From Deltaproteobacteria bacterium (GTDB lineage: Bacteria > Desulfobacterota > Deferrisomatia > Deferrisomatales > BM512): DNA of 64,000 bases. This document shows positions 47,543 through 57,528 of the stretch, piece by piece. Location of the stretch: contig JAUVAU010000003.1 of NCBI GenBank assembly GCA_030591565.1, forward strand, positions 4,879 to 68,878, given 5' to 3'. Positions within the stretch are counted from its first letter, which is position 1. Every line of letters starts with the position of its first letter. A program made the position numbers and the translations under genes. The notes beneath the pieces were generated by a model, which searched no databases, was not told where the DNA came from, and worked only from the letters and a program-made list of their open reading frames with translations.

Positions 47543-48505
47543 ATGCCAAGGAAGATTGCAACAGTCGCTCTCGTATTGGCGCTTGCGGTCGTTTTCGCCT
47601 CTACGGGTTATGCTGGAAACCGTAAAGAAGCTCGAACCCTTTACAAGAAGGGGTTATGGGACTTCAGATCAGGCAACATCGAAGCGGCAGTAGAACACTT
47701 CGCCCTCTCGGCCGAAAAAGACCCCGACTTTCCCCACCCCTGGCTCGCCCTTGGAAGAATCTACCAGGAATCGTTTGAAACAACGATGCACGGCTATGCC
47801 GAGGCCGTCGATGCCTATACCTCCCTGAGTGAAATTCTCATCAGGAATCCCCCCGACGAGCGCGCCAAGGATTTGTTGCAAGGCTACTACTTCATGGGGC
47901 AACTTCATCTCAAAGGCGGCGACTACACAAAGGCCCTGTGGGCGCTTGAAAAATTTATCGAAGTCTACCCGGATTTCGGCAAGCTGGGCAACGTCTACAA
48001 CTCCATTGGCATCGCCTACTACTATCTCGATCAATACAACCGCGCCGTGGTCAACTTCAAACGTGCGCTTGAGCACGACGCCACCCTGACCGAGGCCCGC
48101 TTCAACCTCAGGAGCGTCTTCACCCGGGTCACCGCTTTTAACGAGGCGCTGGTGCTGCAACGAGCCGGCGAGCCGGAAAAGGCGCTACGCAGGCTCATAA
48201 AGCTGCGCGACCTGGCTCCCCGTTATCTGGCGGGCAGGCGACTTGAAGCAAAGCTGATGGGCGATCTTGGCAAGCCCGAAGAGGCTGTCCTCATATACAA
48301 CGAGATACTTGGCTTCCAGCCCAACAATCCCGAGACCTACTGGATGCGCATAGATATGGCCAAGACCTTGATCTCTCTTGGCGAAAATGACCAGGCAAAA
48401 AACGTTTTGCTGGAGAACCTCGCGCGCTTTCCCGAGCAGCAGGACCAGCGGGCCCGCATGGAAGTCGTTATGCTGTTGACCAAACTCAGTCAGGTTTCCA
48501 AATGA
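47543..48505 (+). CDS. secreted TPR-repeat protein
   Basis: Signal peptide ...STGYAG. Several 34-residue TPR-like units (A..YY.LG..Y...G.Y..A...F..AL...P). Confidence 0.8.
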   Translation: MPRKIATVALVLALAVVFASTGYAGNRKEARTLYKKGLWDFRSGNIEAAVEHFALSAEKDPDFPHPWLALGRIYQESFETTMHGYAEAVDAYTSLSEILIRNPPDERAKDLLQGYYFMGQLHLKGGDYTKALWALEKFIEVYPDFGKLGNVYNSIGIAYYYLDQYNRAVVNFKRALEHDATLTEARFNLRSVFTRVTAFNEALVLQRAGEPEKALRRLIKLRDLAPRYLAGRRLEAKLMGDLGKPEEAVLIYNEILGFQPNNPETYWMRIDMAKTLISLGENDQAKNVLLENLARFPEQQDQRARMEVVMLLTKLSQVSK

Positions 48506-49923
48506 GCTTTCACTGCCCAATGCGCCTTCACTGGAAAGTCCCGGTCCTCATTGCGCTCCTGCTCTTCCTTGCAGTTCCAGCTTCCTTCGCTGAGCTGGCG
48601 CCGGTTTCCGGTCCCCACGCCGAAGAGCTTGACTGCTATGACTGCCACATCGGCGGCTCCGAGGCCGACCCCGGCGAGATAAACGACTGCGATGAATGCC
48701 ACTCGGCAGCGGAAAACATCCACCCCATCGACATGATCCCCATGATCAACATACCCGAGGGGTTCGCGCTTAGCCGTGAGGGAAAGATGCTTTGCCGCAC
48801 ATGTCACAAACTCCACGGCGGAGACATCGACCACAAGTTCCTTAGCGACGCGGGCAGCGGATACCTCAGTGGCCGCGCCTCTTTCTGCGCCAGCTGCCAC
48901 GGCTCCGAAAATGTGCGGACCAACCCCCACTCTGCCAGACGCGGCGACAAACGCTGCACCTTTTGCCACCTCAGCGTTCCCACCGGGCCTGAAGATGGGG
49001 CATCGACGGTACGCACCAAGGTGGTGAAGCTCTGTGACTTCTGCCATGGCGCGGTGGAGAAAAACCATCCACGCAACATCGACCCCAACCTGGAGATACC
49101 AAAAGAGCTAAAACTGGACAAGGACGGTAACTGGACCTGCGTAACCTGCCACCAGCCCCACGGCACGATTGACACCACCCATTATATCCTCACCCCCTTT
49201 GTCGAGTTCATGGAACGCGGCAAGGGCGAAAACCCACATAAGCCCGATTTCTTCGCTTGTACTGCCTGCCACGCGGAATCTACCGAGGCCTCCATAAGGG
49301 TGCCCGGTTTCATGCTCAGATACCGCGGGGATATCAATATAATGTGTATCTCCTGCCACGTAACCGATCGTGGTCACCACCCCACTGGCCTGGATCTGCC
49401 CGAAGCCATGTCCGCGAGGCTGGCAGAATCGGGAGCCGACCTCCCACTGGACGAAGAGGAGCGTATCAGCTGCTACACCTGCCACAACAATCAGTGCGAC
49501 ATTGAAGAGTTTTCCATGACAGTTCGCCAGTACGACGCCAAAACCTACAACACGGCCCTTTGCTGGAATTGCCATGACCAGAGCGAATACTCACAGTCCA
49601 CCCCCCACACCCCCAACCCGGACACCTGCACCCACTGCCACGAGACCAGGCCGGTTGAGGGCATGGGCCAATCCACGCTAATGGCTGTGTCGCTAATGGT
49701 GTGTTTGCACTGTCACGATGTAAAACCACACCCCATGGGAAAGAGCCACCTCGCCAAACCTTCGGAGGTAATCGACGTCAACCCCTCCCTGCCGCTGTCC
49801 AAAACAGGTGAAGTTACCTGCGTCACCTGCCACGATCCCCATTACGACCCGGAGGGCAGACCGCACCGGTTAAGAGTCGCCGAAGCGGCGTCCATATGTA
49901 ACATGTGCCACTGGAAGGGCTGA
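48502..49923 (+). CDS. periplasmic multihaem cytochrome c (15 CxxCH motifs)
   Basis: Signal/TM anchor. 15 CxxCH motifs counted in 473 aa. ATGA overlap with the TPR gene. Confidence 0.85.
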   Translation: MSFHCPMRLHWKVPVLIALLLFLAVPASFAELAPVSGPHAEELDCYDCHIGGSEADPGEINDCDECHSAAENIHPIDMIPMINIPEGFALSREGKMLCRTCHKLHGGDIDHKFLSDAGSGYLSGRASFCASCHGSENVRTNPHSARRGDKRCTFCHLSVPTGPEDGASTVRTKVVKLCDFCHGAVEKNHPRNIDPNLEIPKELKLDKDGNWTCVTCHQPHGTIDTTHYILTPFVEFMERGKGENPHKPDFFACTACHAESTEASIRVPGFMLRYRGDINIMCISCHVTDRGHHPTGLDLPEAMSARLAESGADLPLDEEERISCYTCHNNQCDIEEFSMTVRQYDAKTYNTALCWNCHDQSEYSQSTPHTPNPDTCTHCHETRPVEGMGQSTLMAVSLMVCLHCHDVKPHPMGKSHLAKPSEVIDVNPSLPLSKTGEVTCVTCHDPHYDPEGRPHRLRVAEAASICNMCHWKG

Positions 49924-50059
49924 CAACTCCCTTCTTCGCGAGGCCGGTATGTATCACTTTGCAAATCCCTTCGTATATTTGATAGTTGCGCCAATCCTGC
50001 CCGGACCTTAAAATCGTCCCAATCCTGCAACTTGCACTCAATGGCTCGCTACGGGTCCT

Positions 50060-51307
50060 TTGAAGGAGAGGGTTATCCTGTCGTCCTCATCGAAAAAACT
50101 GCTCTCCAAGCTGGGCTCCGTGAAGCTTGCGCTTTGGTTGATCCTGCTGTTGGCCGCTTTTGCGGCCGTGGGTTCGCTGGAGCTTTTGCCACAAGGGTTG
50201 CCCCCTGAGCAGTACCTTGGGGACTACGGGGCGGCTGGGAAGATGCTTGTCTGGCTCGGACTGGATTCCTTCTACACCAGCTACCCCTATCGGGGGCTGC
50301 TGGCGCTTTTCTGCCTGAACCTTCTTGCCTGTGCCCTTGGCCGCAGCATCGACGGCTTTTTAAATGCTTTTGCCCGTGGCAAGGCTGGTGGACACGCGTT
50401 GATAGTTGAGCGCAGCCGGACGCTGACCTTTCTAAAAGACAATGGCTTCACCATCAAAGACACCGACCCCATCTCCGCCCGGAGGCGCACATTCACCTTT
50501 TTGGCCTTCCCCCTGGTCCACCTCGCCCCCATATTGATCTTCGCCGGGGCGCTCTGGGGCACCGAAGGCGGCTTCATCGTCACCAAAAATATCCACGTGG
50601 GGAGCATTAACGAGGAATTTTTCAGCTGGAAGGAGCGCAGAGAGATAACGCTGCCCTTCGCCATCAGCGTTCGGGAGTTCAACACCACCTACCACCGTCC
50701 CCTTAGGATCAAGCTACAAGTGCTCCTACCCGACAAACAAAGCGCGGAGGTCTCCACGCGTGAGTCGAGCTACTTCCCCATCGAGGGTACCGACTACATG
50801 GCGATGGCTGAGAATCTGGACCTGGACTCCTTCGATATGGACTATTACATCAAGCGCGGCGCTGCGACGCTTGGCCCCTTCTCCAAAGGCAAAGAAGAGG
50901 GCGCACCCATCCTTCTCAGGCCGCTGGGTTGGAAGGGCGACGAAAAGCGCGGCGAGGCGCTCGTCTCCTTCTACGCAACCGATGGCGCACTTATCTCAAC
51001 CAACACGCTGGCGGTCAATGAACCGGCAGTGGTAATGGGCCACAGGGTATTTATAACCGCCTGGGGGGCTGACGCCGAGGAGAAACCTTTCGTCGGAATT
51101 CAGATAACCCGGGACCCCGGCCAGCCGCTACTGTGGGTTGGTTCGATCTCGCTGACCTTGGGAATAACGATGATGCTCTTCATGGAAGGCGCTTGGTGTC
51201 GCGAAGAGGATGGTATGCTGGTGGGGCGTGCGAGCGGGCGGAGGAAGCTCTTCGCCAAACTGTTGAAAGAGGCTGGCGACCCACAAAAAGGGACGGAACC
51301 CACGTGA
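50060..51307 (+). CDS. ResB/Ccs1-like cytochrome c biogenesis family membrane protein
   Basis: N-terminus LSKLGSVKLALWLILLLAAFAAVGS, further TMs, a large periplasmic loop and a C-terminal TM. The exact start codon is uncertain. Confidence 0.65.
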   Translation: MKERVILSSSSKKLLSKLGSVKLALWLILLLAAFAAVGSLELLPQGLPPEQYLGDYGAAGKMLVWLGLDSFYTSYPYRGLLALFCLNLLACALGRSIDGFLNAFARGKAGGHALIVERSRTLTFLKDNGFTIKDTDPISARRRTFTFLAFPLVHLAPILIFAGALWGTEGGFIVTKNIHVGSINEEFFSWKERREITLPFAISVREFNTTYHRPLRIKLQVLLPDKQSAEVSTRESSYFPIEGTDYMAMAENLDLDSFDMDYYIKRGAATLGPFSKGKEEGAPILLRPLGWKGDEKRGEALVSFYATDGALISTNTLAVNEPAVVMGHRVFITAWGADAEEKPFVGIQITRDPGQPLLWVGSISLTLGITMMLFMEGAWCREEDGMLVGRASGRRKLFAKLLKEAGDPQKGTEPT

Positions 51308-52767
51308 GCATTCAGACACGGCTTTGGCTTGTCGTAACAGCACTGTTGGCGGCGGTGCTCGCGGGCAACGCGGTGGTTGTCCTGGGCGTAGAAACAAGGC
51401 AGATAAGGAGCGGCTTCGAGCGCGAAAGCCTCTCCTTCGCCAACCTGGCTGCTCCCCAGGTTTTGCGAGCCTACGGCGAGTCAAACAGGGAAACCGACGA
51501 CCCGGTACTCAACCAGCGCCTCTCCGAGCTGGCCGCGGGGCTACCTTCGCTAAGCTCCATGGCGCTGCTCAGCCCGCGAGGAACAGTGCTGGCCCGCTAC
51601 CCCAAGGATGCCGGGATACCCCCATTCGAGCCCCTTCGGCTGACCTCTCCCGACAGCAAATCAAACTACATCGACGAAGACACTGGCCGCGCGCTCGAGT
51701 TGGTGGTCCCGCTCTCCGCCCGACCCTCGTCTCCCCCGGTTTTCCTGAGGATAACGGTCAGGGAGAATCCGGTGATCGAGCGCATACGCACGCTACGCTT
51801 CGCCTTCGGTACAAGCCTTGTCGTCCTGCTGGTTCTGGGTGCGTTAATAGCCTTCAGGGTTGCAGCCGTGATTGTGAAACCGGTAAAAAAGCTAACGGCC
51901 GCCGCCATCTCCATACGTGATGGCGACCTTGCTTCCCGCGTCACCGATTACGGCACTGGCGAAATCGCCGAACTCTCCGCCAGCTTCAACGACATGGCCC
52001 AAAAACTCCAGACCCAGACCGACCAGCTTGAAGAACGCAACGAGGATCTGCAAAACGCCTACAATGAACTGCAAGCTCTTCAAAATGAATTGATGGCGCT
52101 CGAAAGGATGGCCGCCGTCGGGCGCACCGCCTCGGCGATCTCCCATGAGATAGACAACCCGATAGGCGTGATTCTGGGTACAGCCGAGATGCTTTGCGAG
52201 CAACTTGAGGACAGCCCGGACCTTCTTGAGGACGCACAACTGATCGAGCAGGAGTGCAAACGGTGCAGGCGCATAGTACGCGATCTTCTAAATTTAAGCA
52301 GGCCCGCAGAATCGGATGACGGCCCGGTTGATTTAAGGCCGACCACCGAGGGGATACTCCGGGGACTAAAACACCACCCCGCCTTCAAGGGAATCGAGCT
52401 TCGCACGAACTGGCCCGAATTAATCCCACCGCTTTCCATTGACACCGATGGCCTAAAGCAAGTCCTCTTGAACCTCCTCCTGAACGCCGCAAACTCCATG
52501 GGGGGAAGCGGAGTGGCGGGCATTGACGTCCACATAGAAGACGACTGGGTCGCGATAGAGATATGGGACGAGGGGCCGGGAATAGAGGGGGGGAATCTGG
52601 ACAAGATTTTTGAGCCCTACTTCACCACCAGCAAGGGCACCGGCAAGGGCACCGGCCTGGGCCTGGCTGTGAGCAGGCGCATCGTGGAGCGGTCCGGGGG
52701 TTCAATCTCGGCGGAAAATCGCGCACAAGGCGGCAGCGTCTTCCGGGTCAGGTTGCCCACCGGCTAA
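51304..52767 (+). CDS. sensor histidine kinase (TM, periplasmic domain, TM, HAMP, HisKA, HATPase_c)
   Basis: GTGA overlap with the ResB-like stop. H-box AISHEIDNPI. N/G boxes (DEGPGIE, GTGLGLA). Confidence 0.85.
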   Translation: MSIQTRLWLVVTALLAAVLAGNAVVVLGVETRQIRSGFERESLSFANLAAPQVLRAYGESNRETDDPVLNQRLSELAAGLPSLSSMALLSPRGTVLARYPKDAGIPPFEPLRLTSPDSKSNYIDEDTGRALELVVPLSARPSSPPVFLRITVRENPVIERIRTLRFAFGTSLVVLLVLGALIAFRVAAVIVKPVKKLTAAAISIRDGDLASRVTDYGTGEIAELSASFNDMAQKLQTQTDQLEERNEDLQNAYNELQALQNELMALERMAAVGRTASAISHEIDNPIGVILGTAEMLCEQLEDSPDLLEDAQLIEQECKRCRRIVRDLLNLSRPAESDDGPVDLRPTTEGILRGLKHHPAFKGIELRTNWPELIPPLSIDTDGLKQVLLNLLLNAANSMGGSGVAGIDVHIEDDWVAIEIWDEGPGIEGGNLDKIFEPYFTTSKGTGKGTGLGLAVSRRIVERSGGSISAENRAQGGSVFRVRLPTG

Positions 52768-52813
52768 GCGAACTACCGCAGGCTCACGCCCCTGCTATTA
52801 CCTTAGGAAGAAT

Positions 52814-52852
52814 AAAAAAGGGCCAACCCCATATGGGATCGGCCCTTTTTAT
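52814..52852. terminator. bidirectional terminator-like hairpin between convergent genes
   Basis: AAAAAAGGGCC...GGCCCTTTTTATTT; A-run and T-run flank a short GC stem. Confidence 0.5.
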
Positions 52853-52869
52853 TTGTCGCTTTAAATCGC

Positions 52870-53751
52870 TTAGTCTTCGAGCCAGCTGTGGCTGTAGAGG
52901 ACGTCGCCGTTGAGGGCCTTAAAGGTCTTCTCAAGGACTATTTCGCGATCGGTGGTGGCGGTGACTGCTTCGCCATCCTGCATCTTCTTGATGAAAGCGG
53001 TGTCTTCCACCAACTTGCCCTGGCAAAGATCCATCATGTCTTTGTCGTAGGCGTCGACGATGGCCGATTCCTGACCCAGGTTGAAGAGCATCATCAGATA
53101 GACCTGGTTGAGGATGGGGCGCAGCTCGTCGGGGGCTCCGTTGGAGACGTTGGACAGGCCGCAGGTGTTGGTCGCGCCGGGGACGATCTCGCAAACCATG
53201 GGCAGAAACTCCATGTAGGATTTGACCTGGTTGATGTCAACCGAGACGGGCAGTACGATGGGGTCAACCCAGTAGCGGGCATGGTCGATGCCAAGCTCGT
53301 CGGCGGCGATCATGATGGTGGAGAGCGCCACTGCGCGCTCGTTGGCGTCACGCGGAATGCCCTCTTCGCTCATGGTCAGCGCCACGAAGTCGGCGTCATA
53401 ATTCTTGACCAGGGGAAGGCGCGCCGCCATGTATGCAGGGTTGGCGTCGATGGAGTTGACCAGCGCGCGCTCGTTGCAGACCTTGAGTCCTGCTTCAACG
53501 GCAACACTGTTGGTGGAATCAAGCGCCAGACGCACGTCGCTTTTGACTTCCTGCACGGTCTCGACCAACCACTTCATCATCTCGTCGCCGGCCTTGCGGG
53601 CGGGTCCGAGGTTGAGGTCGATCATATCTGCGCCGGCGGCCAGTTCCTCTTCCATCATCTGCTGGATCGGAGCTTTGTTGCGCTCGCGAATGGCCGGGCC
53701 GATCGTCTTGGACATGATGTTGATTGATTCGGCAATCGTATATATTTTCAT
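52870..53751 (-). CDS. acsE: methyltetrahydrofolate:corrinoid/iron-sulfur protein methyltransferase
   Basis: Pterin-binding fold motifs (INIMSK..., DMIDLNLGP, LDSTN, VNSI). Position in the acs cluster. Start at ATG 53751 with a GGAGGAAAC SD. Confidence 0.88.
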   Translation of the reverse strand: MKIYTIAESINIMSKTIGPAIRERNKAPIQQMMEEELAAGADMIDLNLGPARKAGDEMMKWLVETVQEVKSDVRLALDSTNSVAVEAGLKVCNERALVNSIDANPAYMAARLPLVKNYDADFVALTMSEEGIPRDANERAVALSTIMIAADELGIDHARYWVDPIVLPVSVDINQVKSYMEFLPMVCEIVPGATNTCGLSNVSNGAPDELRPILNQVYLMMLFNLGQESAIVDAYDKDMMDLCQGKLVEDTAFIKKMQDGEAVTATTDREIVLEKTFKALNGDVLYSHSWLED

Positions 53752-53846
53752 GTTTCCTCCATTGGTATATATGGACCGGCTTAGCCATTCCATACGAAAA
53801 GATAAGGGCGACCCGCCTGTTAGCGCGAGCCGCCCATATTAACCCT

Positions 53847-55190
53847 CTAGAGACCTTTGAGGAATTTGGGGAGGTCAGCCGCTTCGCGGGGACCAATGAT
53901 GACTTCGTACTCAGCTCCCAGTTCTTCCTCGAATTCACCGGAAAGCTGTGCAACGTAACCGGGGATGATGATCTTCTTGTGGTTGACGACATCGGAGATG
54001 CCCGACTTCTTGACGAAGGGGGCCATGGCGTCGGCGACAAACTTACCGGCAGACCACGCGGTCAGAACACTCATACCGTCGGTGTCCATGATCAGCAGCC
54101 TTGTGGGTACGCGGCTGGCCTCCACCTCGGCGCTGACGACGAAGTAGGTCAGGGCGAAGTTGGTGGTGATGATCACCGGGCTGTCGGCGGTGGGGTTGTT
54201 GATGTCGTAGATACCCTGGTCCATCGTCATGGGGCGCTGCGGATCGGTGTAGACGTTGAGACGGTTGACGGTGGTGGGCAGCATGAACGCCGCGTCAAGG
54301 GTGGAGACGACGACCAGACCGGCGTACTTGGCCAACACGATGTTGGCGTAGGCCGCTTCTTCAAGAAGATCTTCGCTCATCGCGCAGGGGAAAGCGATGG
54401 TCGGGAAACCCAACTCACGGGCCTTCTTGTCCAGCGCTGCGCGGCGAATGGCGATGTTGCTGGTGACTGCATCGCGGATGCCGGTCCAACCGGGATCGAG
54501 GATAGCTTCCTTGATACCGGCGGCTACGAATTTTTCGCCAACTGCGGCGAGATCTTCGAGGGTGTCACCCTTGGCGACGATGGTGCAGCCATACTCTTTG
54601 GCCATCGCGACGAAATCGTCAGCGGTGTCCGCGGTGGCGGCGTGCAGGGCGAATTTCTTGCCCTTGAGGGCTTCGCCGGCGGCTTTCAGGGTGTCAAGGT
54701 CAGCCGAGGAGACGACGATCCCCTTTTCAGTAGCTGCGGCGACTTTGTTGACCAGCGCAAGGAAGGAATCCTTGTCGCCTTTTTTGTCCCAGCAGAAAAC
54801 GCCGTTGCCTTCGAGAGTGAAACCAACGCGCTCGAAGGAGACATCCGCCAGGTTTTTCAGCTCCGCGTCCACCTTGGCGTCATCATCTTCATTGGTCAGA
54901 GCGACCAGGATGCCGGCGGCGTTCACGAAGGTTTTTTCATGGCGATACTTGACAGTTTCACCACCTACTTTGAAGCCTGCATCGCCCTGACCCAGCGTAA
55001 CAACGCGGATCGGAGGGGCGCTGGCTTCCGCCAGTTCCGCTTGCGCCTCGTCAGAGACGTGTGGACACTGGCTTAGTTCCGCCTTACCTGCGGCCAATTT
55101 CATGGCAAACGCCAGGCAGGTCGGATCGCCGCAGTCTTTGCAGTTGGTCTGCGGCAGCATTTTATAAATCTGAATTCCGGAAAGTGCCAT
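53847..55190 (-). CDS. acsC: corrinoid/iron-sulfur protein large subunit
   Basis: N-terminus LPQTNCKDCGDPTCLAFAMKLA...CP [4Fe-4S] motif; 447 aa. Confidence 0.9.
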   Translation of the reverse strand: MALSGIQIYKMLPQTNCKDCGDPTCLAFAMKLAAGKAELSQCPHVSDEAQAELAEASAPPIRVVTLGQGDAGFKVGGETVKYRHEKTFVNAAGILVALTNEDDDAKVDAELKNLADVSFERVGFTLEGNGVFCWDKKGDKDSFLALVNKVAAATEKGIVVSSADLDTLKAAGEALKGKKFALHAATADTADDFVAMAKEYGCTIVAKGDTLEDLAAVGEKFVAAGIKEAILDPGWTGIRDAVTSNIAIRRAALDKKARELGFPTIAFPCAMSEDLLEEAAYANIVLAKYAGLVVVSTLDAAFMLPTTVNRLNVYTDPQRPMTMDQGIYDINNPTADSPVIITTNFALTYFVVSAEVEASRVPTRLLIMDTDGMSVLTAWSAGKFVADAMAPFVKKSGISDVVNHKKIIIPGYVAQLSGEFEEELGAEYEVIIGPREAADLPKFLKGL

Positions 55191-55240
55191 GACCCGATAC
55201 TCCTTTCGTCAAAATACTAAAATTTAAAAATATCCGTTGC

Positions 55241-55297
55241 CGTGCCGTTAAATAGTGCGCCGGGAGGGGGTTTCGTTGCCCTCCCGACGCCGGCACG
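55241..55297 (-). other. intercistronic extended stem-loop between acsB and acsC
   Basis: CGTGCCG...CGGGAGGG-gtttcgttg-CCCTCCCG...CGGCACG nested inverted repeats. Confidence 0.3.
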
Positions 55298-55304
55298 ATT
55301 TAAT

Positions 55305-57509
55305 TTAGAACATGGAGTCCATCTCAAGGGCGGGATGTCCGACCTTCTGCATGAATTCCATCACCTCTTCTTCGGTGACTCCGTCCTCTTCGGTAGCGAT
55401 CTTTTCGTAGAGGTCGGGGCAGCCCATTTCGGCGCCGCGAGTTTCGATCACTTCCTTCATCGCTTCCTTCAGACCCTTGGGCAGCCACGCTACGCGCAGG
55501 ATGCCGCCTTCGGCGCTGATGAACTTCTTGGAGCCGATGTAGAACTTGGAGATGCCCACAAACCCGGGGGTCTGCGCGCCGCCGCCGCAAGAACCGGCGA
55601 GGGTGGAAAAGGGCATTCCGCAAGGAGTCATGCCCGCGAAGTCACGGTCAACGACCATGACGGCGTTGGCCATGGGCATGAGGACGGTTATGGCCTCGAA
55701 GCAACCACAGGAGGTCATCGGGTCGACCATCAGTGAGTAGGCGCTGAATTCCGGCACCGCCTCATGAGAGTTGGTGTAGACGAACTGGTTGACGCCAGTC
55801 CACTTGCCCAGGGTCTCATCAAGGACTTCGCCTTTTTCGATGGGCTGGTTGGGGCCGGTGGGCGTAATTTCATACGCCGCTTTGCCGTCGAGCCAGTTGT
55901 ACGCACCGCACAGGCCGGGACGCTCGGGGGTGATCACGCAGACGTGATCGGGAGCGAAGGACTGGCACAGTGTGCAGCTGTAGTAGGTGTCAATATTCTC
56001 ATCGGTCATGGAGCCCAAACGCTCTTCGCGCTCTTTGTAGGTTGCACGGGCTTTTTCCATAAGCTCGGTGACTTTGGCGGGATCGGTGTACATGGTCACC
56101 TGGACCTTGTCCACGATCTTGCCAAACTCGTTGTGGAACTTCGCGTGCAGGACGGTGCCGAAATGCTTGAGGCTGAATCCCGCTCCAAAAGACTTCTTGG
56201 AGATACGCATCCACAGGATGTCGCGCTGACCGATGTGCAGCACGCCCTCTGCGCCGTTTAGCAGATGGTGAATCTGGCGCTCAAGGATCGGCTCGAAGTC
56301 AGGCTGCATGTTGCGACCGGCGACTTCAACCCAGATGGCGAGAGGATAGACTTTGCCCTCTTCCATATCGGAGAGATCGGGTCCGACCACTTCAAACTTG
56401 CCATCTTCCACTTCATCGAGTTCCAGGGTACGGCAGAACTCGAAGCCCTCTGCCTTGGGTCCGGCTAGCTCGACATGCATCTGGTCGCGGCTGATACGCT
56501 CGCCTTCGAAGGCGGGAGAGTGCGACACGGGGATGTCGATCTTGGTGATCTGAATCTTGAGGCCGCGAACTTCGATCGCCTTGGCGACGATCTGGTCGTG
56601 GGCGATGTTGGAGACGACGTGCTCGTAGGTGCAAACACCGGTGGGCAGGACTTCCGGGATGTCGGAATCAGCGATGGTCGGAAAACCATAGTTGATGACA
56701 CCGGCTGCAGCTGCATACCATTCGTCGGTAACTTTACCCAGCGCCACCACGAAGGCGAAGACGCGGTACTGGTTGTATTTGAGGATACCGGCAAAGTCGC
56801 CCGGCTCCACGCCGCCAAATGCCATGGCTGCGCGTGTTGCGAAACCGACCGCGTGGATCGCGGCCGAGGTGTCGCGGCCAAAGGGCACCAGACGGGTAGG
56901 CCAACCGACCTGAACGTCTTCTTCCGCCAGCTGCTCGGAAAAGCTGGTGCCGTTGTCATTGCCCGCAATGAAGACGTAGATGCCTTTTTCCTGGAGCTCT
57001 TTGGCGATCGACGCCGCGGTCTTGCTATCGGGGGCAGCACCCACGACGGCGGCGAAACCCGGAGCGGAACCGTCAACGAACTCGACGCCGCGCTTACGCA
57101 TGATGACGTCATCGGCGGCACCCATCCAAAGGTTGTCTTCGGTGGGGTCTTCGCCCAGGCAGTAGGGGATCGGATCTTCAAGGTACTTCAGTGCTTCTTC
57201 CATGTCGAAGCAGAAAAGAGTCTGCATACCGGCGTCCAGGCCGTGGCCCAGGTAGGGAACCCAGAGGTTGTCCTTTACCAAGGGGGGTAGCAGCTCTTTG
57301 CATCTGGCGAGGACGGGCAACATGTCGCCCAGGGTTTCTACCTTCATGCCCAGTATGCCGTAGATGACGGGCAGGTAGTAACCGGTGTTGGGAAACTTGA
57401 CTTCCTTGTCCGCGCCGAACTTGGCTATGGCGTCGTTTACTTTCCCTTCCACGCGAGCGTAGACTTCGTGCCCACCGCGGATGGCTCCTGAAAGGATAAT
57501 TTTGGACAT
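55305..57509 (-). CDS. acsB: CO-methylating acetyl-CoA synthase (A-cluster subunit)
   Basis: 734 aa. A-cluster Cys region ...CTLCQSFAPDHVCVITPERPGLCG... and ...SCGCFE... Sits next to cooS/acsA. Confidence 0.92.
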   Translation of the reverse strand: MSKIILSGAIRGGHEVYARVEGKVNDAIAKFGADKEVKFPNTGYYLPVIYGILGMKVETLGDMLPVLARCKELLPPLVKDNLWVPYLGHGLDAGMQTLFCFDMEEALKYLEDPIPYCLGEDPTEDNLWMGAADDVIMRKRGVEFVDGSAPGFAAVVGAAPDSKTAASIAKELQEKGIYVFIAGNDNGTSFSEQLAEEDVQVGWPTRLVPFGRDTSAAIHAVGFATRAAMAFGGVEPGDFAGILKYNQYRVFAFVVALGKVTDEWYAAAAGVINYGFPTIADSDIPEVLPTGVCTYEHVVSNIAHDQIVAKAIEVRGLKIQITKIDIPVSHSPAFEGERISRDQMHVELAGPKAEGFEFCRTLELDEVEDGKFEVVGPDLSDMEEGKVYPLAIWVEVAGRNMQPDFEPILERQIHHLLNGAEGVLHIGQRDILWMRISKKSFGAGFSLKHFGTVLHAKFHNEFGKIVDKVQVTMYTDPAKVTELMEKARATYKEREERLGSMTDENIDTYYSCTLCQSFAPDHVCVITPERPGLCGAYNWLDGKAAYEITPTGPNQPIEKGEVLDETLGKWTGVNQFVYTNSHEAVPEFSAYSLMVDPMTSCGCFEAITVLMPMANAVMVVDRDFAGMTPCGMPFSTLAGSCGGGAQTPGFVGISKFYIGSKKFISAEGGILRVAWLPKGLKEAMKEVIETRGAEMGCPDLYEKIATEEDGVTEEEVMEFMQKVGHPALEMDSMF

Positions 57510-57528
57510 TCTGTTCTAGCCTCCCTCT

